Virus record (IMG/VR): IMGVR_UViG_3300010430_000017
Location: 18,545 to 82,544 of that record
Direction: 5' to 3' (one strand)
DNA length: 64,000 nt
Source: a virus
Of this stretch, positions 1-10,274 are shown piece by piece (position 1 is the first letter of the stretch; each line of letters opens with the position of its first letter). Made by a program: the position numbers and the translations under genes. The notes below the pieces were generated by a model. That model ran no database searches, had not been told where the DNA came from, and saw only the letters and a list, made by a program, of their open reading frames with translations.

Positions 1-1
1 T

Positions 2-2347
2 AACTCCCCAAAAACTACTGGCATTTGTATGCACAATATTTACGGATATGACCTCCAGGTGTTCGAGAAACTTTCGGGGATTACCTATGATTGGGATAGT
101 ATTAATAATAGGAAGGTTAAGATTATTGATAGTCTTGTGATGTCAAGAGTTCTTTGGCCTGATAGACCCGTGGTGAAAGGAACTAAGTCTCAGCATGGTT
201 TAGAAGCTTTTGGCATTAGGACCGGTATAGCGAAGCCTAAAGTAGAAGATTGGTCCGATCAATCTTTGGAGGTTTATATAAACAGAGTAATAGAGGATGT
301 AAAGATTAACAAAGCAACTTATTTCATGTTGTTAAAAGAAACAAGAGATGTAGCGTTTAGTAACGGAGCTAAAAAAGGTTCTTGGACAGAAGCATTACAA
401 ATGGGTATGAAGAGTGCCTACCTGATGAGTAAACAAGAGAAAGATGGTGCTGTTTTTGCGGTGGACGATGCGAAAAGGCTTATCCACAGTATTGACCAAC
501 AAATGAAAGAAATCGCCGAAGATGTTGAACCGAAGTTAGGGGAACGTGCTCTGCCTAAAGCTAAACAACCTAATTTTCCATCACAACCTTGGAAAAAACC
601 CTTTGATTTTAAATCACCCTTCAAAGCAAAAGGAGGGCTAAAAAAACCTGTTAATGAATATTTGAAAACTACTGGCATACCGGCGCACCAAAGGGAGGAC
701 TATATCTGTTCTATGCTGGAGAAAGAAGTGGTCGATGGTCACACCTTAATCCACAACTACATAGAAGACGAGTTACCTAAACATCCTACTCTTCTCTCAC
801 AAGCTTCAATTAATTACTGCCTTAAGTTTGGTATTAATGAACTCCAAGAACAGTTCAAGGAGATAAAAACGATATGGGGTCTAAAAATCCAAGGATACTC
901 TCCAGATGAAGAAAGAAAACTCACTGAACCTATGAGGTTAGCCAACCAAAATGATATAAAGAATTTTTTTATATCCGAACTCGGGTGGAAACCACAACTA
1001 TGGAGAACAAAAAACTTACTTGTGGATTTAAAGACAAAGCAAAACTTCCCAAAAGATGAGCAAGAAAAAAAGATTCAGAAGTATATAAAAGATATTCAAG
1101 AAAGCCCCTATAAATCACTGGTCCTGAAAGAACTTGGATACAAGAAAGACCCCGACTTTAAATCCAAAGCCTTTTATAATAGGGTGAAAAGGAACGGGAG
1201 GGCTGTTCCTTCTTCACCTCAACTGAAAAATATACGAGGGGATCTTTGTCCAAGTCTTGAAAAATTAGATGCTGGTATGGCAAAAAAGATAGTGTTGTGG
1301 TTAAGTTTAAGAAACAGAAGGACAACAATAAAATCTTTTGATAAAAACACTGGCTGGCTTAATCACCGTAGATTACAGGTAGATGGTAGGCTGCCAGGGG
1401 CAAGTACGGGGTTGACTAACACCAGGAGACAGAAACATCATATTATATGCAACATTCCTGCTGCATCTGATTCTGTTGTTCTTGGTAAAGAAGTCAGGGA
1501 TCTTTTTATAAGTCCAAAAAATTACTGTTGTGTTGGGGCGGATGCATCTGGGATTGAAGGTAGGGCTATGGCAGAAGCTGCTTGGAATTTTGATAATGGA
1601 GCTTATGCAGAGATTATTTTAAACGGTGATGTTCACAATGAAAATGCTAAATCCTTTTCTAAAGCTATCGGGAGAGAGGTCGGCAGGGGAGAAGGAAAAT
1701 CTCCTTTCTACGCAGGAATTTATGGATGTCAAGCAAAGAAGCAAGCAACTTTGTTAGGTGTTGAAGAGAGGTTAGGTGATGCTATTAATAAGGCTTTGTG
1801 GGAAGTTGCATGGGGATTAGAGAAGTGTAAAAATGCACTTGGTGTTTATTGGGAAAATACTGGTAAAAAATATATAATGGCTATAGATGGATCAAAAATA
1901 TTTACCCGTAGTAAGCACAGCCTCCTCAATGCATATTTACAAAGTGCTGATTCTATTCTAATGGATTGGGCTTGTTGTTGGATTCATGATAAAATTAAAG
2001 AGGAAAAATTAGATGCTCAACGGTGGATTTATTACCATGACGAGATAAATCATTATCATAACTTGAAAGAGGTTCAATACGAGTTATTTCCATTAGATAA
2101 GAAGCCAGAGGAGTACAGAGATAAAATTCAATACTCAAAACCTAAACTTTTTAGAGAAGGAGAGATCCTACACTTTGGTTTACCTAAAGGGGAAGATCCT
2201 CTCCCCACGGATCAATGGATACAACACTATTCAAGGGTTGGTGAAATCTGTGTTGAAGGTATTAAGAATGCTGGGAAGCACTACGGTTTTAGAGTCCCTT
2301 TAGATGGGCAATATATTTTAGGGGGGTCATGGGGAAAAACTCACTGA
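2..2347 (+). CDS. polA: Family A DNA polymerase with 3'-5' exonuclease (5'-truncated by window edge)
   Basis: Frame is open from position 2. Exonuclease motifs HNIYGYD and IDSLVMSR; motif A GADASGIE; motif B RGEGKSPFYAGIYG (Tyr at the Pol I F762-equivalent position, as in T7); motif C YHDE; ends WGKTH. Confidence 0.95.
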   Translation, partial: NSPKTTGICMHNIYGYDLQVFEKLSGITYDWDSINNRKVKIIDSLVMSRVLWPDRPVVKGTKSQHGLEAFGIRTGIAKPKVEDWSDQSLEVYINRVIEDVKINKATYFMLLKETRDVAFSNGAKKGSWTEALQMGMKSAYLMSKQEKDGAVFAVDDAKRLIHSIDQQMKEIAEDVEPKLGERALPKAKQPNFPSQPWKKPFDFKSPFKAKGGLKKPVNEYLKTTGIPAHQREDYICSMLEKEVVDGHTLIHNYIEDELPKHPTLLSQASINYCLKFGINELQEQFKEIKTIWGLKIQGYSPDEERKLTEPMRLANQNDIKNFFISELGWKPQLWRTKNLLVDLKTKQNFPKDEQEKKIQKYIKDIQESPYKSLVLKELGYKKDPDFKSKAFYNRVKRNGRAVPSSPQLKNIRGDLCPSLEKLDAGMAKKIVLWLSLRNRRTTIKSFDKNTGWLNHRRLQVDGRLPGASTGLTNTRRQKHHIICNIPAASDSVVLGKEVRDLFISPKNYCCVGADASGIEGRAMAEAAWNFDNGAYAEIILNGDVHNENAKSFSKAIGREVGRGEGKSPFYAGIYGCQAKKQATLLGVEERLGDAINKALWEVAWGLEKCKNALGVYWENTGKKYIMAIDGSKIFTRSKHSLLNAYLQSADSILMDWACCWIHDKIKEEKLDAQRWIYYHDEINHYHNLKEVQYELFPLDKKPEEYRDKIQYSKPKLFREGEILHFGLPKGEDPLPTDQWIQHYSRVGEICVEGIKNAGKHYGFRVPLDGQYILGGSWGKTH

Positions 2348-2372
2348 AGAATTAATAATAATAAGGAGTTAT

Positions 2373-3191
2373 ATGAGAGTAGACTTAAGTATTGTTGGGA
2401 AGAAGTTCAACAGGTTGAGAGTATTAGAATTTATAGGACAAGACAAGAATAAAAAATCTCTATTTAAATGTTTATGTGACTGTGGAAATGAGGGTATTTT
2501 TAGAGGTACAGAAGTAAAAAATGGGCATACCAAATCTTGTGGTTGTTTTCAAAAAGAAAGTAGATTTAAACACGGCTATAATAATACCTCAATTTACCAA
2601 GCCTATTGTGACATGAAAGATAGGTGCTATAATCTCAAGAACCCTTATTATAAGGACTATGGGGAAAGAAATATAAAAGTCTGTGAAGATTGGTTAGATA
2701 AGGAAACGGGTTTTATTAGGTTTTTAAATTCTGTAGGCGAAAAACCTGACGGAAAATATTCATTGGGCCGTATAGACAACGATTTAGGTTATTTTCCCGG
2801 TAATTGTAGATGGGAAACTGATACTGAGCAGAATCGGAATCTTAGGAGTAACCGTTTGCTTGAGTATAAAGGAGAGACTAAGTGTGTTGCGGAATGGACT
2901 GAGATTTCTGGCCTGAATAAAAGTACCTTTAATCATAGACTACGGGCCGGGTGGAGTATGGAGAAAATTATGACAACACCAGTACATAGGCCCGAAATAT
3001 ATAGTTACAAAGATATAGAAGATACCTTACCTAATTTAGCAAAGATGTTTAATCTAAGTGTAGCTGTTTTCAGAAAAAGGCTAAGAAGAGGTTGGGATAT
3101 AGAAGAAGCATTAGAAACACCGCAATTATACAAAAGAATAACAAAACCCTTGACAAACACAATACCAAATGATATTATCCACAAAGATTAA
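2373..3191 (+). CDS. HNH-type homing endonuclease with C-terminal repeated DNA-binding modules
   Basis: CLCDCGN, TKSCGC, MKDRCYN..YG.R.I.VC, RIDND..Y.PGNCRW; two RL..GW..E...TP repeats. Confidence 0.85.
   Translation: MRVDLSIVGKKFNRLRVLEFIGQDKNKKSLFKCLCDCGNEGIFRGTEVKNGHTKSCGCFQKESRFKHGYNNTSIYQAYCDMKDRCYNLKNPYYKDYGERNIKVCEDWLDKETGFIRFLNSVGEKPDGKYSLGRIDNDLGYFPGNCRWETDTEQNRNLRSNRLLEYKGETKCVAEWTEISGLNKSTFNHRLRAGWSMEKIMTTPVHRPEIYSYKDIEDTLPNLAKMFNLSVAVFRKRLRRGWDIEEALETPQLYKRITKPLTNTIPNDIIHKD
3150..3178 (+). promoter_or_regulatory. sigma70-type promoter
   Basis: TTGACA-17 bp-TATTAT upstream of the RBS AAGGAG of the next gene. Confidence 0.7.
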
Positions 3192-3204
3192 AAAGGAGAA
3201 ACAA

Positions 3205-3459
3205 ATGAATGAAACGAAGTACGAACTTGTAAAAGAGATTACACTAAAGGAGTTTTCGGAAAAGAATCCTTGGTTTGTGGAAGATAATTCTGATTGGTTA
3301 CTGAAGCAAGGAATCATCAAAGAAGTTAAAACTTTTAAACCTTTTGAGGTAACTACAAAGATTAATACTCAAAGAGATTTAGATAATTTTATGGAGGATC
3401 TTGTTGAGATGCGTTCTGCACCAGCATTTAATCTTTATACTAAACTTTGTAACATATAA
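3205..3459 (+). CDS. hypothetical protein
   Basis: ORF; ATG at 3205 follows AAGGAG. Confidence 0.7.
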   Translation: MNETKYELVKEITLKEFSEKNPWFVEDNSDWLLKQGIIKEVKTFKPFEVTTKINTQRDLDNFMEDLVEMRSAPAFNLYTKLCNI

Positions 3460-3471
3460 ATAAGGGGGACA

Positions 3472-3969
3472 ATGCTAACATCTAATGTAATTGCAGCTAT
3501 CAAGAGGTCATTCTCAAGATCTCAAACAGCTAAGAAATTTAAAAACAAATCAATTGTACCTCATAAGACAGGTATTAGAGGAGGAAAGATAGGAGAATGT
3601 AATGTCTGTAAAGCTCATATCCCTTTGTACAAGCTCCAAATAGATCATTGTGACCCTATAACCCCTGTAATGATGCCAGCTAAGTATATGAGCTTTGTAA
3701 TGCTATTCAAGAGGACATTCTGCCCAGAGAAGAATTTACAAGTTATATGCCCTGAGTGTCATGATAAAAAAAGCAAGAAAGAAAATAAAGAAAGAGTTTA
3801 TTGGAGGAAACATAAGAAATTTCTTGTATGCAGAAAAGTTTGGGGTTGTAGAATTAAAACAATTCCTGTAATTAATATGAAAGATTTTGATGAAGAATGG
3901 GAAATTATGGGAGTGTTTAAGACGAAGAAAGAAGCTGATAGTTTTTCAAAGAAACTTAGGAAGTTATAA
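3472..3969 (+). CDS. HNH endonuclease-like protein
   Basis: CNVC..IDHCDP..NLQVICPECHDKK Zn/HNH pattern. Confidence 0.75.
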   Translation: MLTSNVIAAIKRSFSRSQTAKKFKNKSIVPHKTGIRGGKIGECNVCKAHIPLYKLQIDHCDPITPVMMPAKYMSFVMLFKRTFCPEKNLQVICPECHDKKSKKENKERVYWRKHKKFLVCRKVWGCRIKTIPVINMKDFDEEWEIMGVFKTKKEADSFSKKLRKL

Positions 3970-4356
3970 GGAGAATGAATAATGTTATCCTTCCTAAAAA
4001 CCAAATACAAAATAAGAAAGACAAATACTGGGTATTTCGTCCCAATGCATAAGAAATTCTGGATGTGCATTTACAAAGACATTAATAATTGGATGCGCTA
4101 CCCTACGTACCATAGTGCTTTGAGATTTATTAATAGATCAGGAGGTCATTTGTGAAACCACACATAACACAAAGAATACACCATCAAATATTTCTTCTAC
4201 AAGAATTATTATCATATCAAGCTTTGGATGATAATGGGTTTGATGAATATGAACAAAAGATTGTAAAACAAAGTATTGAGTTATTTGAGGAATTAATTGA
4301 GTTGTTGAAGTAAACTTTATAATATATAATCTGGTTTTACCAGCTTGGAGAAAATC

Positions 4357-4614
4357 ATGAATAAAGTTCAGAGATGTGAAAAGTTTTTGGTGGAGAATGG
4401 TTGGGCGTTGGAGCCTGAATCTACATTCGGGAGTGACTATACAGCCTTTTATAAAGAAGGACTCGTAACCGTTGATATCAATAGCTCTGAGATAGTTCTT
4501 GTTGGAGAGATTGGCGACTTTTGCCACCTGCCGGTTGACTATTATACTCTCATTGGGGCCTTGATGGAGTACCGGCAAATCGCAGTCAATTATGTTCCTG
4601 TAAAAGCGGTTTAG
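4357..4614 (+). CDS. hypothetical protein
   Basis: ORF with GGAG RBS. Confidence 0.6.
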   Translation: MNKVQRCEKFLVENGWALEPESTFGSDYTAFYKEGLVTVDINSSEIVLVGEIGDFCHLPVDYYTLIGALMEYRQIAVNYVPVKAV

Positions 4615-4660
4615 GCAAGGCTTATTCAGGAAATTATATAGAATATAACCTTTACAAAGG

Positions 4661-4885
4661 ATGATTATGAAAAACGAAAAAGACTTAGAAAATATTGGTA
4701 ATAATATCTACCAAAGTGCAACATTGGGTAATATTGTAAGAACATTTAAACAAAATCTTGAGAGTTATATAGAATTTCAGACTATTAATGCTAAACTTAT
4801 GAGAGCTAAGTACGATGCATTGATTGCTGAAGGTTTTGATAAGGATCAGGCTGAGAGGATTATTAAAGAGACTAAATTGATTTAG
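4661..4885 (+). CDS. hypothetical protein
   Basis: ORF ending AKYDALIAEGFDKDQA, a pattern common in small phage proteins. Confidence 0.6.
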   Translation: MIMKNEKDLENIGNNIYQSATLGNIVRTFKQNLESYIEFQTINAKLMRAKYDALIAEGFDKDQAERIIKETKLI

Positions 4886-5063
4886 GGGGTTTCAATGAGA
4901 TACAAAGTAGAGCACAACAGGTGTAGGTGCCACCCGGAGACTTGTAACTGCGATGATTATATGATTACTAAAGATGGTGAAAAATGGGTAACTATCTTTG
5001 ACAAAGGTAAGGCTTTTGAGGTTATGACTGCGATGAATTTTTATGACCTGAAAGTTTTACTTG

Positions 5064-6785
5064 ATGAGTGATTTTTGGGAGAATGAAAGGAGATCTTGGA
5101 AAGTGACTAAGAAGAAATATGATTCTGAATATAAACCAAAAGAGACAGTGAAAGATATTCTCCAATACCCACAGAAAGCCATCCCGGAAAGAGGGCTTAA
5201 AGAAAGTACAATAAAGCGATTTGGGGTAAGAACTAAACTTAATACCCTAACACAAGAAATTGATGCGGTATATTTTCCATACAAAGACGAAAGCGGTAAA
5301 GTCACTGGTTATAAGAAAAGAGATTTGACTCTCCATAAGAAAGAGAAGTATCATTTCTCAGTCATTGGTTACGTTGGGGTTGAATCTCAGTTATTTGGTC
5401 AAGATAAGTGTAGATCAAAAGCTAAGAAGCTTTATATCACTGAAGGTGAATACGACCAAATGTCATGCTACCAAGCATACATGGAGAATGTTGGTAAGGA
5501 TTATAAACAGTACGGGGTCAATGTCGTGAGTATTGGTTGCGGGACCCCAAACGCTGTTGATCACATAACAGAAAATGAACATTTTATATCCGGGTTTGAG
5601 CAGGTAGTTTTGTGCTTTGATAATGATTCTTTGAGTGAGAGAGATCTGAAAAAGAAGAATCCGGGAATGAAAGGTGCAGAAGCAACTAATGCAGTGGGGG
5701 CATTCCTTAGAGATCATACTGTCCTTAAGATTAAATGGGAGAAATGCAATAAACTCCCTAATGGAAAATTCCCCAATGATCCTTCTGACTATCTAAAACC
5801 AGAAAATAATAAAGCGGATTGGCTCTACAGGGTAATGCTCTTCAATACAGAGGAGTACAGAAATAAGAAGATTGTTGGCATACATGATGTGTTTGAAAAA
5901 GGTGAAGTCCTGGAGCCTCTTGATAAAGGTGTGTACCTTGAGTCTTTTCCTAAATTAATGGATCTATTGCTGGGGATCAGGAAGAAAGAAGATACTTTAC
6001 TTTTAGCCCCTTCAGGTACCGGAAAAACAAGTGTTTGTTGTGCATTAGCTGCTGATATGGCCGAAGGCGGGGAGAAGGTAGGTGGGATACTATTAGAAGA
6101 AGGTATGAAGAGGACAGGACAAAGGTTTATTGCACAAAGACTTAGAATTCATCCTAATAAGTTTCAATTCGGGGAAAGACTTGGGAAGACTGATGACGAG
6201 GTGAGTAATGCGGAGGATTGGGTAGCAGAAAAGTATTTGTTTCTCGATCACCACGGGGCAATTTCAATAAACGAGCTTGTGGATTTATGCAAATTGTTCA
6301 TTTATAAGTACAATAGAACCTTTATTATCTTCGATCATATTTCTCTTGCTTGTGCTTCCGATGGTACTATTGAAGAAAGAGCAGAACTCACAGTAGCTAT
6401 GAATGCTATCACTGCTTTGTGCGAGAGTTGTGATGTTCATATTGTTGTAGTAGCGCATATTAATCGTAATGCTACTACTGTATCGAGTAAAGAGAGAGAG
6501 ATCACGGAGCCTAAGTGGAAGAGAACTTTTATCACTGATGGTAAAGGTACTCAGGCATTAGAAGCTCTTGCTCACAATATTATCACTATTGACAAAGAGA
6601 GACTGCCGGATGGGACCAGAGGAAGAATTAGATTATTTCTTGGAAAGAACAGGGGCGCTGATACACTGGGCTTTGCTGATATCACACGCATGCATCCTGA
6701 TACAGGGGTGTTCTACGATGCTTCTGATGAGAGATGGACACCTAATGGTTGGACTACTGATGAAGATAATACTACAGGTTACTAA
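5064..6785 (+). CDS. T7 gp4-like primase-helicase
   Basis: TOPRIM motifs YITEGEYD and CFDND; Walker A APSGTGKT; IIFDHIS, VVAHINR and KNR DnaB-family motifs. Confidence 0.95.
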   Translation: MSDFWENERRSWKVTKKKYDSEYKPKETVKDILQYPQKAIPERGLKESTIKRFGVRTKLNTLTQEIDAVYFPYKDESGKVTGYKKRDLTLHKKEKYHFSVIGYVGVESQLFGQDKCRSKAKKLYITEGEYDQMSCYQAYMENVGKDYKQYGVNVVSIGCGTPNAVDHITENEHFISGFEQVVLCFDNDSLSERDLKKKNPGMKGAEATNAVGAFLRDHTVLKIKWEKCNKLPNGKFPNDPSDYLKPENNKADWLYRVMLFNTEEYRNKKIVGIHDVFEKGEVLEPLDKGVYLESFPKLMDLLLGIRKKEDTLLLAPSGTGKTSVCCALAADMAEGGEKVGGILLEEGMKRTGQRFIAQRLRIHPNKFQFGERLGKTDDEVSNAEDWVAEKYLFLDHHGAISINELVDLCKLFIYKYNRTFIIFDHISLACASDGTIEERAELTVAMNAITALCESCDVHIVVVAHINRNATTVSSKEREITEPKWKRTFITDGKGTQALEALAHNIITIDKERLPDGTRGRIRLFLGKNRGADTLGFADITRMHPDTGVFYDASDERWTPNGWTTDEDNTTGY

Positions 6786-6847
6786 ATAACTCTTGACAAG
6801 CACCATGAGATGATGTAGATTACATTAAACTAAAACAAGGAGGCTTA

Positions 6848-7066
6848 ATGGCATTAGCGCTGCACATCAAAACAAATACTGAAGATTATCTGAATGTATG
6901 GGATGAATGGAGTCTTGAAAATATTGAAACTTGGATTAAATCATTAAATATTATCTCGGATGGTTGGGAAATTGCCTTGACAGGCCCTGACGAATTTGGT
7001 ATAAAGAGAAAGATTAATCGTGTGATTAATCAAATTAATAGAGAAAATAACAAGGAGAATGATTAA
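6848..7066 (+). CDS. hypothetical protein
   Basis: ORF after a TTGACA promoter (6793) and GGAGG RBS. Confidence 0.6.
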   Translation: MALALHIKTNTEDYLNVWDEWSLENIETWIKSLNIISDGWEIALTGPDEFGIKRKINRVINQINRENNKEND

Positions 7067-8049
7067 TGAGTAGGCTTGATGAATTGAAAAAGAAAGTAAT
7101 TGAAGAAACCCCTGTCACAAATAATAGTGATGGACCTTCTGTTGATTATGAAGCTTTAAACAAATACATGGTTGAGACAGTTGGCCTTGAACAAGAAGAG
7201 ACTGTTATTGGTATTATCTCAGGAGTAGTGAACCTTGGCCTTCAGGAGCAGCAGGATGGTAGAGTAGAATGGAATGGCTCCCCGGAAGATGAGCAAGCTG
7301 AGATTGACAAAAACCCAAACACTTATTTTGAGACTGATTATGAAGGTAAGAGATGGAAAAGATGGCCCACTAAACCTGCTAAATCAGTAGCCCTTGTTAT
7401 CGACTTCCCTGAGATTATTGTGGATAAAGCTCCTTTCTTTGGTGCTGAATCCAACCCTGCACCCCTCAGAATCTGCATGAATGGCTCTTTCTGGAGAACT
7501 GAGCTTGGTATGATGACTCTTGGTAGACCCTATCCAATGAATCTTAGAAAGAATGAGAAGACTAATAATCAGTGGTCAATGCTTCCTAATAATACGCTTT
7601 GTAAAGCTGCTGTAATGACAAAGACAATTACCAAAGGGGATGCTTTTCTTCCTCAAAACGTTATTGATTTGCTTGGTAAGTCAATGTTATTCAGTGTAAG
7701 TGTATTCTTTAATGCTAAGGGATATTACACAGAAAGAGTTAAGTTGGCTGGGGGATTAATGAGAGGACAGCAAGTTCCTGAATATGATGAAGACCTCTTA
7801 TTCTATACTGATATGAATATTACTAATGATCCTGTGAGTATTAAGTATTTGACAGCGCCTATTATTAACACAATGAAACTTAGTCCTGAATATGAAGATT
7901 CAAAGATTAAACAGCAGATTGAGGATATTCATAGTTACCAGAAGAATAATAGTAAGCCCGATGAAGGTCTTCCTGATAATACAGAATACGGTGTGGATCA
8001 TACTCAGGAGAGTGTACCTCCTATTTCAGACGATGATATCCCCTTTTGA
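7066..8049 (+). CDS. single-stranded DNA-binding / annealing protein (putative)
   Basis: Acidic tail ending DDDIPF, the SSB C-terminal interaction motif; lies close to the primase-helicase. Confidence 0.65.
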   Translation: MSRLDELKKKVIEETPVTNNSDGPSVDYEALNKYMVETVGLEQEETVIGIISGVVNLGLQEQQDGRVEWNGSPEDEQAEIDKNPNTYFETDYEGKRWKRWPTKPAKSVALVIDFPEIIVDKAPFFGAESNPAPLRICMNGSFWRTELGMMTLGRPYPMNLRKNEKTNNQWSMLPNNTLCKAAVMTKTITKGDAFLPQNVIDLLGKSMLFSVSVFFNAKGYYTERVKLAGGLMRGQQVPEYDEDLLFYTDMNITNDPVSIKYLTAPIINTMKLSPEYEDSKIKQQIEDIHSYQKNNSKPDEGLPDNTEYGVDHTQESVPPISDDDIPF

Positions 8050-8138
8050 TATCTTCAATGATTACAGTAACTTAGGGTAAATAACTAAAAGGTGTGCCTT
8101 TGTTTCAAGAGGCACACCTAAACAAAACAGGAGGTAGT

Positions 8139-8333
8139 ATGAGTAATAACACGAACAATAACTATGGAATTGGATTCTCAGGACTTCTTACAGTTCTTTT
8201 TATTGGCCTTAAATTAACAGGTTATATTACTTGGAGTTGGTTGTGGGTTCTCTCTCCTTTGTGGATCTCTTTTTTGATTGCTTTATTGATTGTCGGTATG
8301 GTTGTAGGTGTTGCAATTATAGCGGACAAATAG
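8139..8333 (+). CDS. small membrane protein (LKLTG.I.WSW.WVLSP.W family)
   Basis: Two hydrophobic helices; GGAGG RBS; preceded by hairpin 8090-8119. Confidence 0.75.
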   Translation: MSNNTNNNYGIGFSGLLTVLFIGLKLTGYITWSWLWVLSPLWISFLIALLIVGMVVGVAIIADK

Positions 8334-8344
8334 GGGGGCTTACA

Positions 8345-8692
8345 ATGGACAAAAAAGAAATTCAAAGAAGAATGACTGCACTTGAAGGTAAAGAAATCTT
8401 CATGATTAATAATGGACAGAAAGAAATAGGAGTTATTTCAGGTTGTGATTACTACGTAGGTATTTCTATTCAGAACACATATAATAAAGACAGATACATT
8501 TATTGTTATAATGGACCTTATTCTCCACACAAAGTAATAGGAGGTGATTACTCGGTACATGATGATGAGATGGAGATATTTCTCTCCTATGCAGAAGCAG
8601 AAGTCTTTGATCAGGACAAATATATAAATGAAATAAACATAACGTCTGGTCTTGGAGGTACTCCTTCTTACGCTACATGCGCATTTGTATAA
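8345..8692 (+). CDS. hypothetical protein
   Basis: ORF with GGGGG RBS. Confidence 0.6.
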   Translation: MDKKEIQRRMTALEGKEIFMINNGQKEIGVISGCDYYVGISIQNTYNKDRYIYCYNGPYSPHKVIGGDYSVHDDEMEIFLSYAEAEVFDQDKYINEINITSGLGGTPSYATCAFV

Positions 8693-8699
8693 ATAACTC

Positions 8700-8749
8700 T
8701 TGACAATCCCCCTGATCCGTAGTATATACACAGGATCAGGGGGATTTTT
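8700..8749 (+). promoter_or_regulatory. overlapping intrinsic terminator and sigma70 promoter
   Basis: TTGACA(8700)-17-TATATA overlaps the 14-bp inverted repeat AATCCCCCTGATCC/GGATCAGGGGGATT, which is followed by a T run. Confidence 0.7.
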
Positions 8750-8765
8750 AATTTAAGGAGATCAT

Positions 8766-9059
8766 ATGAAGGACCTAACAAGAAATGAAGAGCATTACTA
8801 TCTGTTCCAGAAAGCTGATCAATGGTGCGGTAGAAGGACAGGAAGAGGGTTCAGGCTTAATAGCAACCTAAAAGAGTCCTGGTTCTATCCAGAAAAGGAA
8901 TTCAGTATCTGGTGCTATGATAAAACTATAGATGAAGGATTCCATATTTATACAAAACAGGATAAGTTCTTGACATATGATGAAATGCTTGTTATAAAGA
9001 AAAAGAACTTGGATGAGGACTATAAAGAAGAGATAAAGGGGTTGAGTAATGAGAATTAA
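8766..9059 (+). CDS. hypothetical protein
   Basis: ORF with AAGGAG RBS. Confidence 0.6.
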   Translation: MKDLTRNEEHYYLFQKADQWCGRRTGRGFRLNSNLKESWFYPEKEFSIWCYDKTIDEGFHIYTKQDKFLTYDEMLVIKKKNLDEDYKEEIKGLSNEN

Positions 9060-10059
9060 AAGAAATATCGAGGTGCCCACAGGAAATATTTGTATTGCAA
9101 AAGGAGAGAAAGGTAAAGATTTAGAATTTCTTTCTATTGGAGATTATGGTCGGACTAAAAATGTCAAAGCTGACTTCCTTGGACTCACGGAAGATATTAA
9201 TGGTGTTCCTCATGGGGAAGTAATGTCTTTGGAGGAGAAATGGGTTTTAACTATTTCATCGCAATATGGTTGCAGTATGGGATGTAAGTTCTGTGATGTC
9301 CCTAAAGTCGGCCCTGGAGTTAATGCAACACTCAAGGACTTAACTGATCAAATCGTAACAGGGATAAATCTACACCCTGAAGTTGCAGCTACGAAAAGAC
9401 TTAATGTACATTATGCAAGAATGGGAGAGCCTACCTGGAATAATAACGTACTTATCCATGCCAGAGGTTTATTAAAAGAGATCAGACCTTACGTTGGTAG
9501 AAGTCTTTGTCATCCTGTTGTATCAACAATGCTTCCTAAGAACAATAAACATTTAATGCATTTCCTTCAGGAATGGTGTGAAATTAAGAACTATACCTTC
9601 AGAGGTTGTGCTGGACTACAATTTAGTGTAAATTCAACATCTAACGTACAAAGACTTAATATGTTTTCTGGGAGTTCCTTGTCACTCACTGAGATATCAG
9701 AGATAGGTAAGAATCTTCCTATGCCTGTTGGCAGAAAATATGCGTTAAATTTTGCTCTTGCTGATGACTATGAAGTTAACGCAAGAAAGTTAATAAAGCT
9801 GTTTCATCCCTCTAAATTCATGGTGAAAATTACACCCCTTCATAAGACAAACTCCTGTGTAGATAATAATATTAAAACCTCCGGCGGTTACGAAGAATTT
9901 ACACCTTATAAAGAAATAGAAAAAGACCTTAAAGATGTTGGATTGGATGTTTTAGTATTCATACCTTCTTATGAAGAAGATCTTGGAAGGATAACCTGCG
10001 GGAATGCTATTCTCTCTGGTACACTCCCGGAGGTTGATTATAAGGAGATTAACTCATGA
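9049..10059 (+). CDS. RlmN/Cfr-like radical SAM protein
   Basis: ISSQYGCSMGCKFC (CxxxCxxC), MGEP motif, VST, C-terminal ITCG (compare RlmN ACGQL). Confidence 0.85.
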   Translation: MRIKRNIEVPTGNICIAKGEKGKDLEFLSIGDYGRTKNVKADFLGLTEDINGVPHGEVMSLEEKWVLTISSQYGCSMGCKFCDVPKVGPGVNATLKDLTDQIVTGINLHPEVAATKRLNVHYARMGEPTWNNNVLIHARGLLKEIRPYVGRSLCHPVVSTMLPKNNKHLMHFLQEWCEIKNYTFRGCAGLQFSVNSTSNVQRLNMFSGSSLSLTEISEIGKNLPMPVGRKYALNFALADDYEVNARKLIKLFHPSKFMVKITPLHKTNSCVDNNIKTSGGYEEFTPYKEIEKDLKDVGLDVLVFIPSYEEDLGRITCGNAILSGTLPEVDYKEINS

Positions 10060-10256
10060 AAACACGTAAAGTACTACTACCAATAGACGTTCCAGATTCT
10101 AACTACTGTTGGAACCAGAAACAAAATATAAGATGCAAATATTTCCTATATTACAAATGCGTACTGGGATTTGAGATGGAATACGATAAAGATAATATTT
10201 GTTGTTTAAAGGACCAAGCTTGCAGGAATTTACTTTGGCTTGAGAATATAAGATAA
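10056..10256 (+). CDS. small Cys-rich hypothetical protein
   Basis: ORF translationally coupled to the radical SAM gene (ATGA overlap). Confidence 0.55.
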   Translation: MKTRKVLLPIDVPDSNYCWNQKQNIRCKYFLYYKCVLGFEMEYDKDNICCLKDQACRNLLWLENIR

Positions 10257-10274
10257 AATAAAGGAAATAGAATT

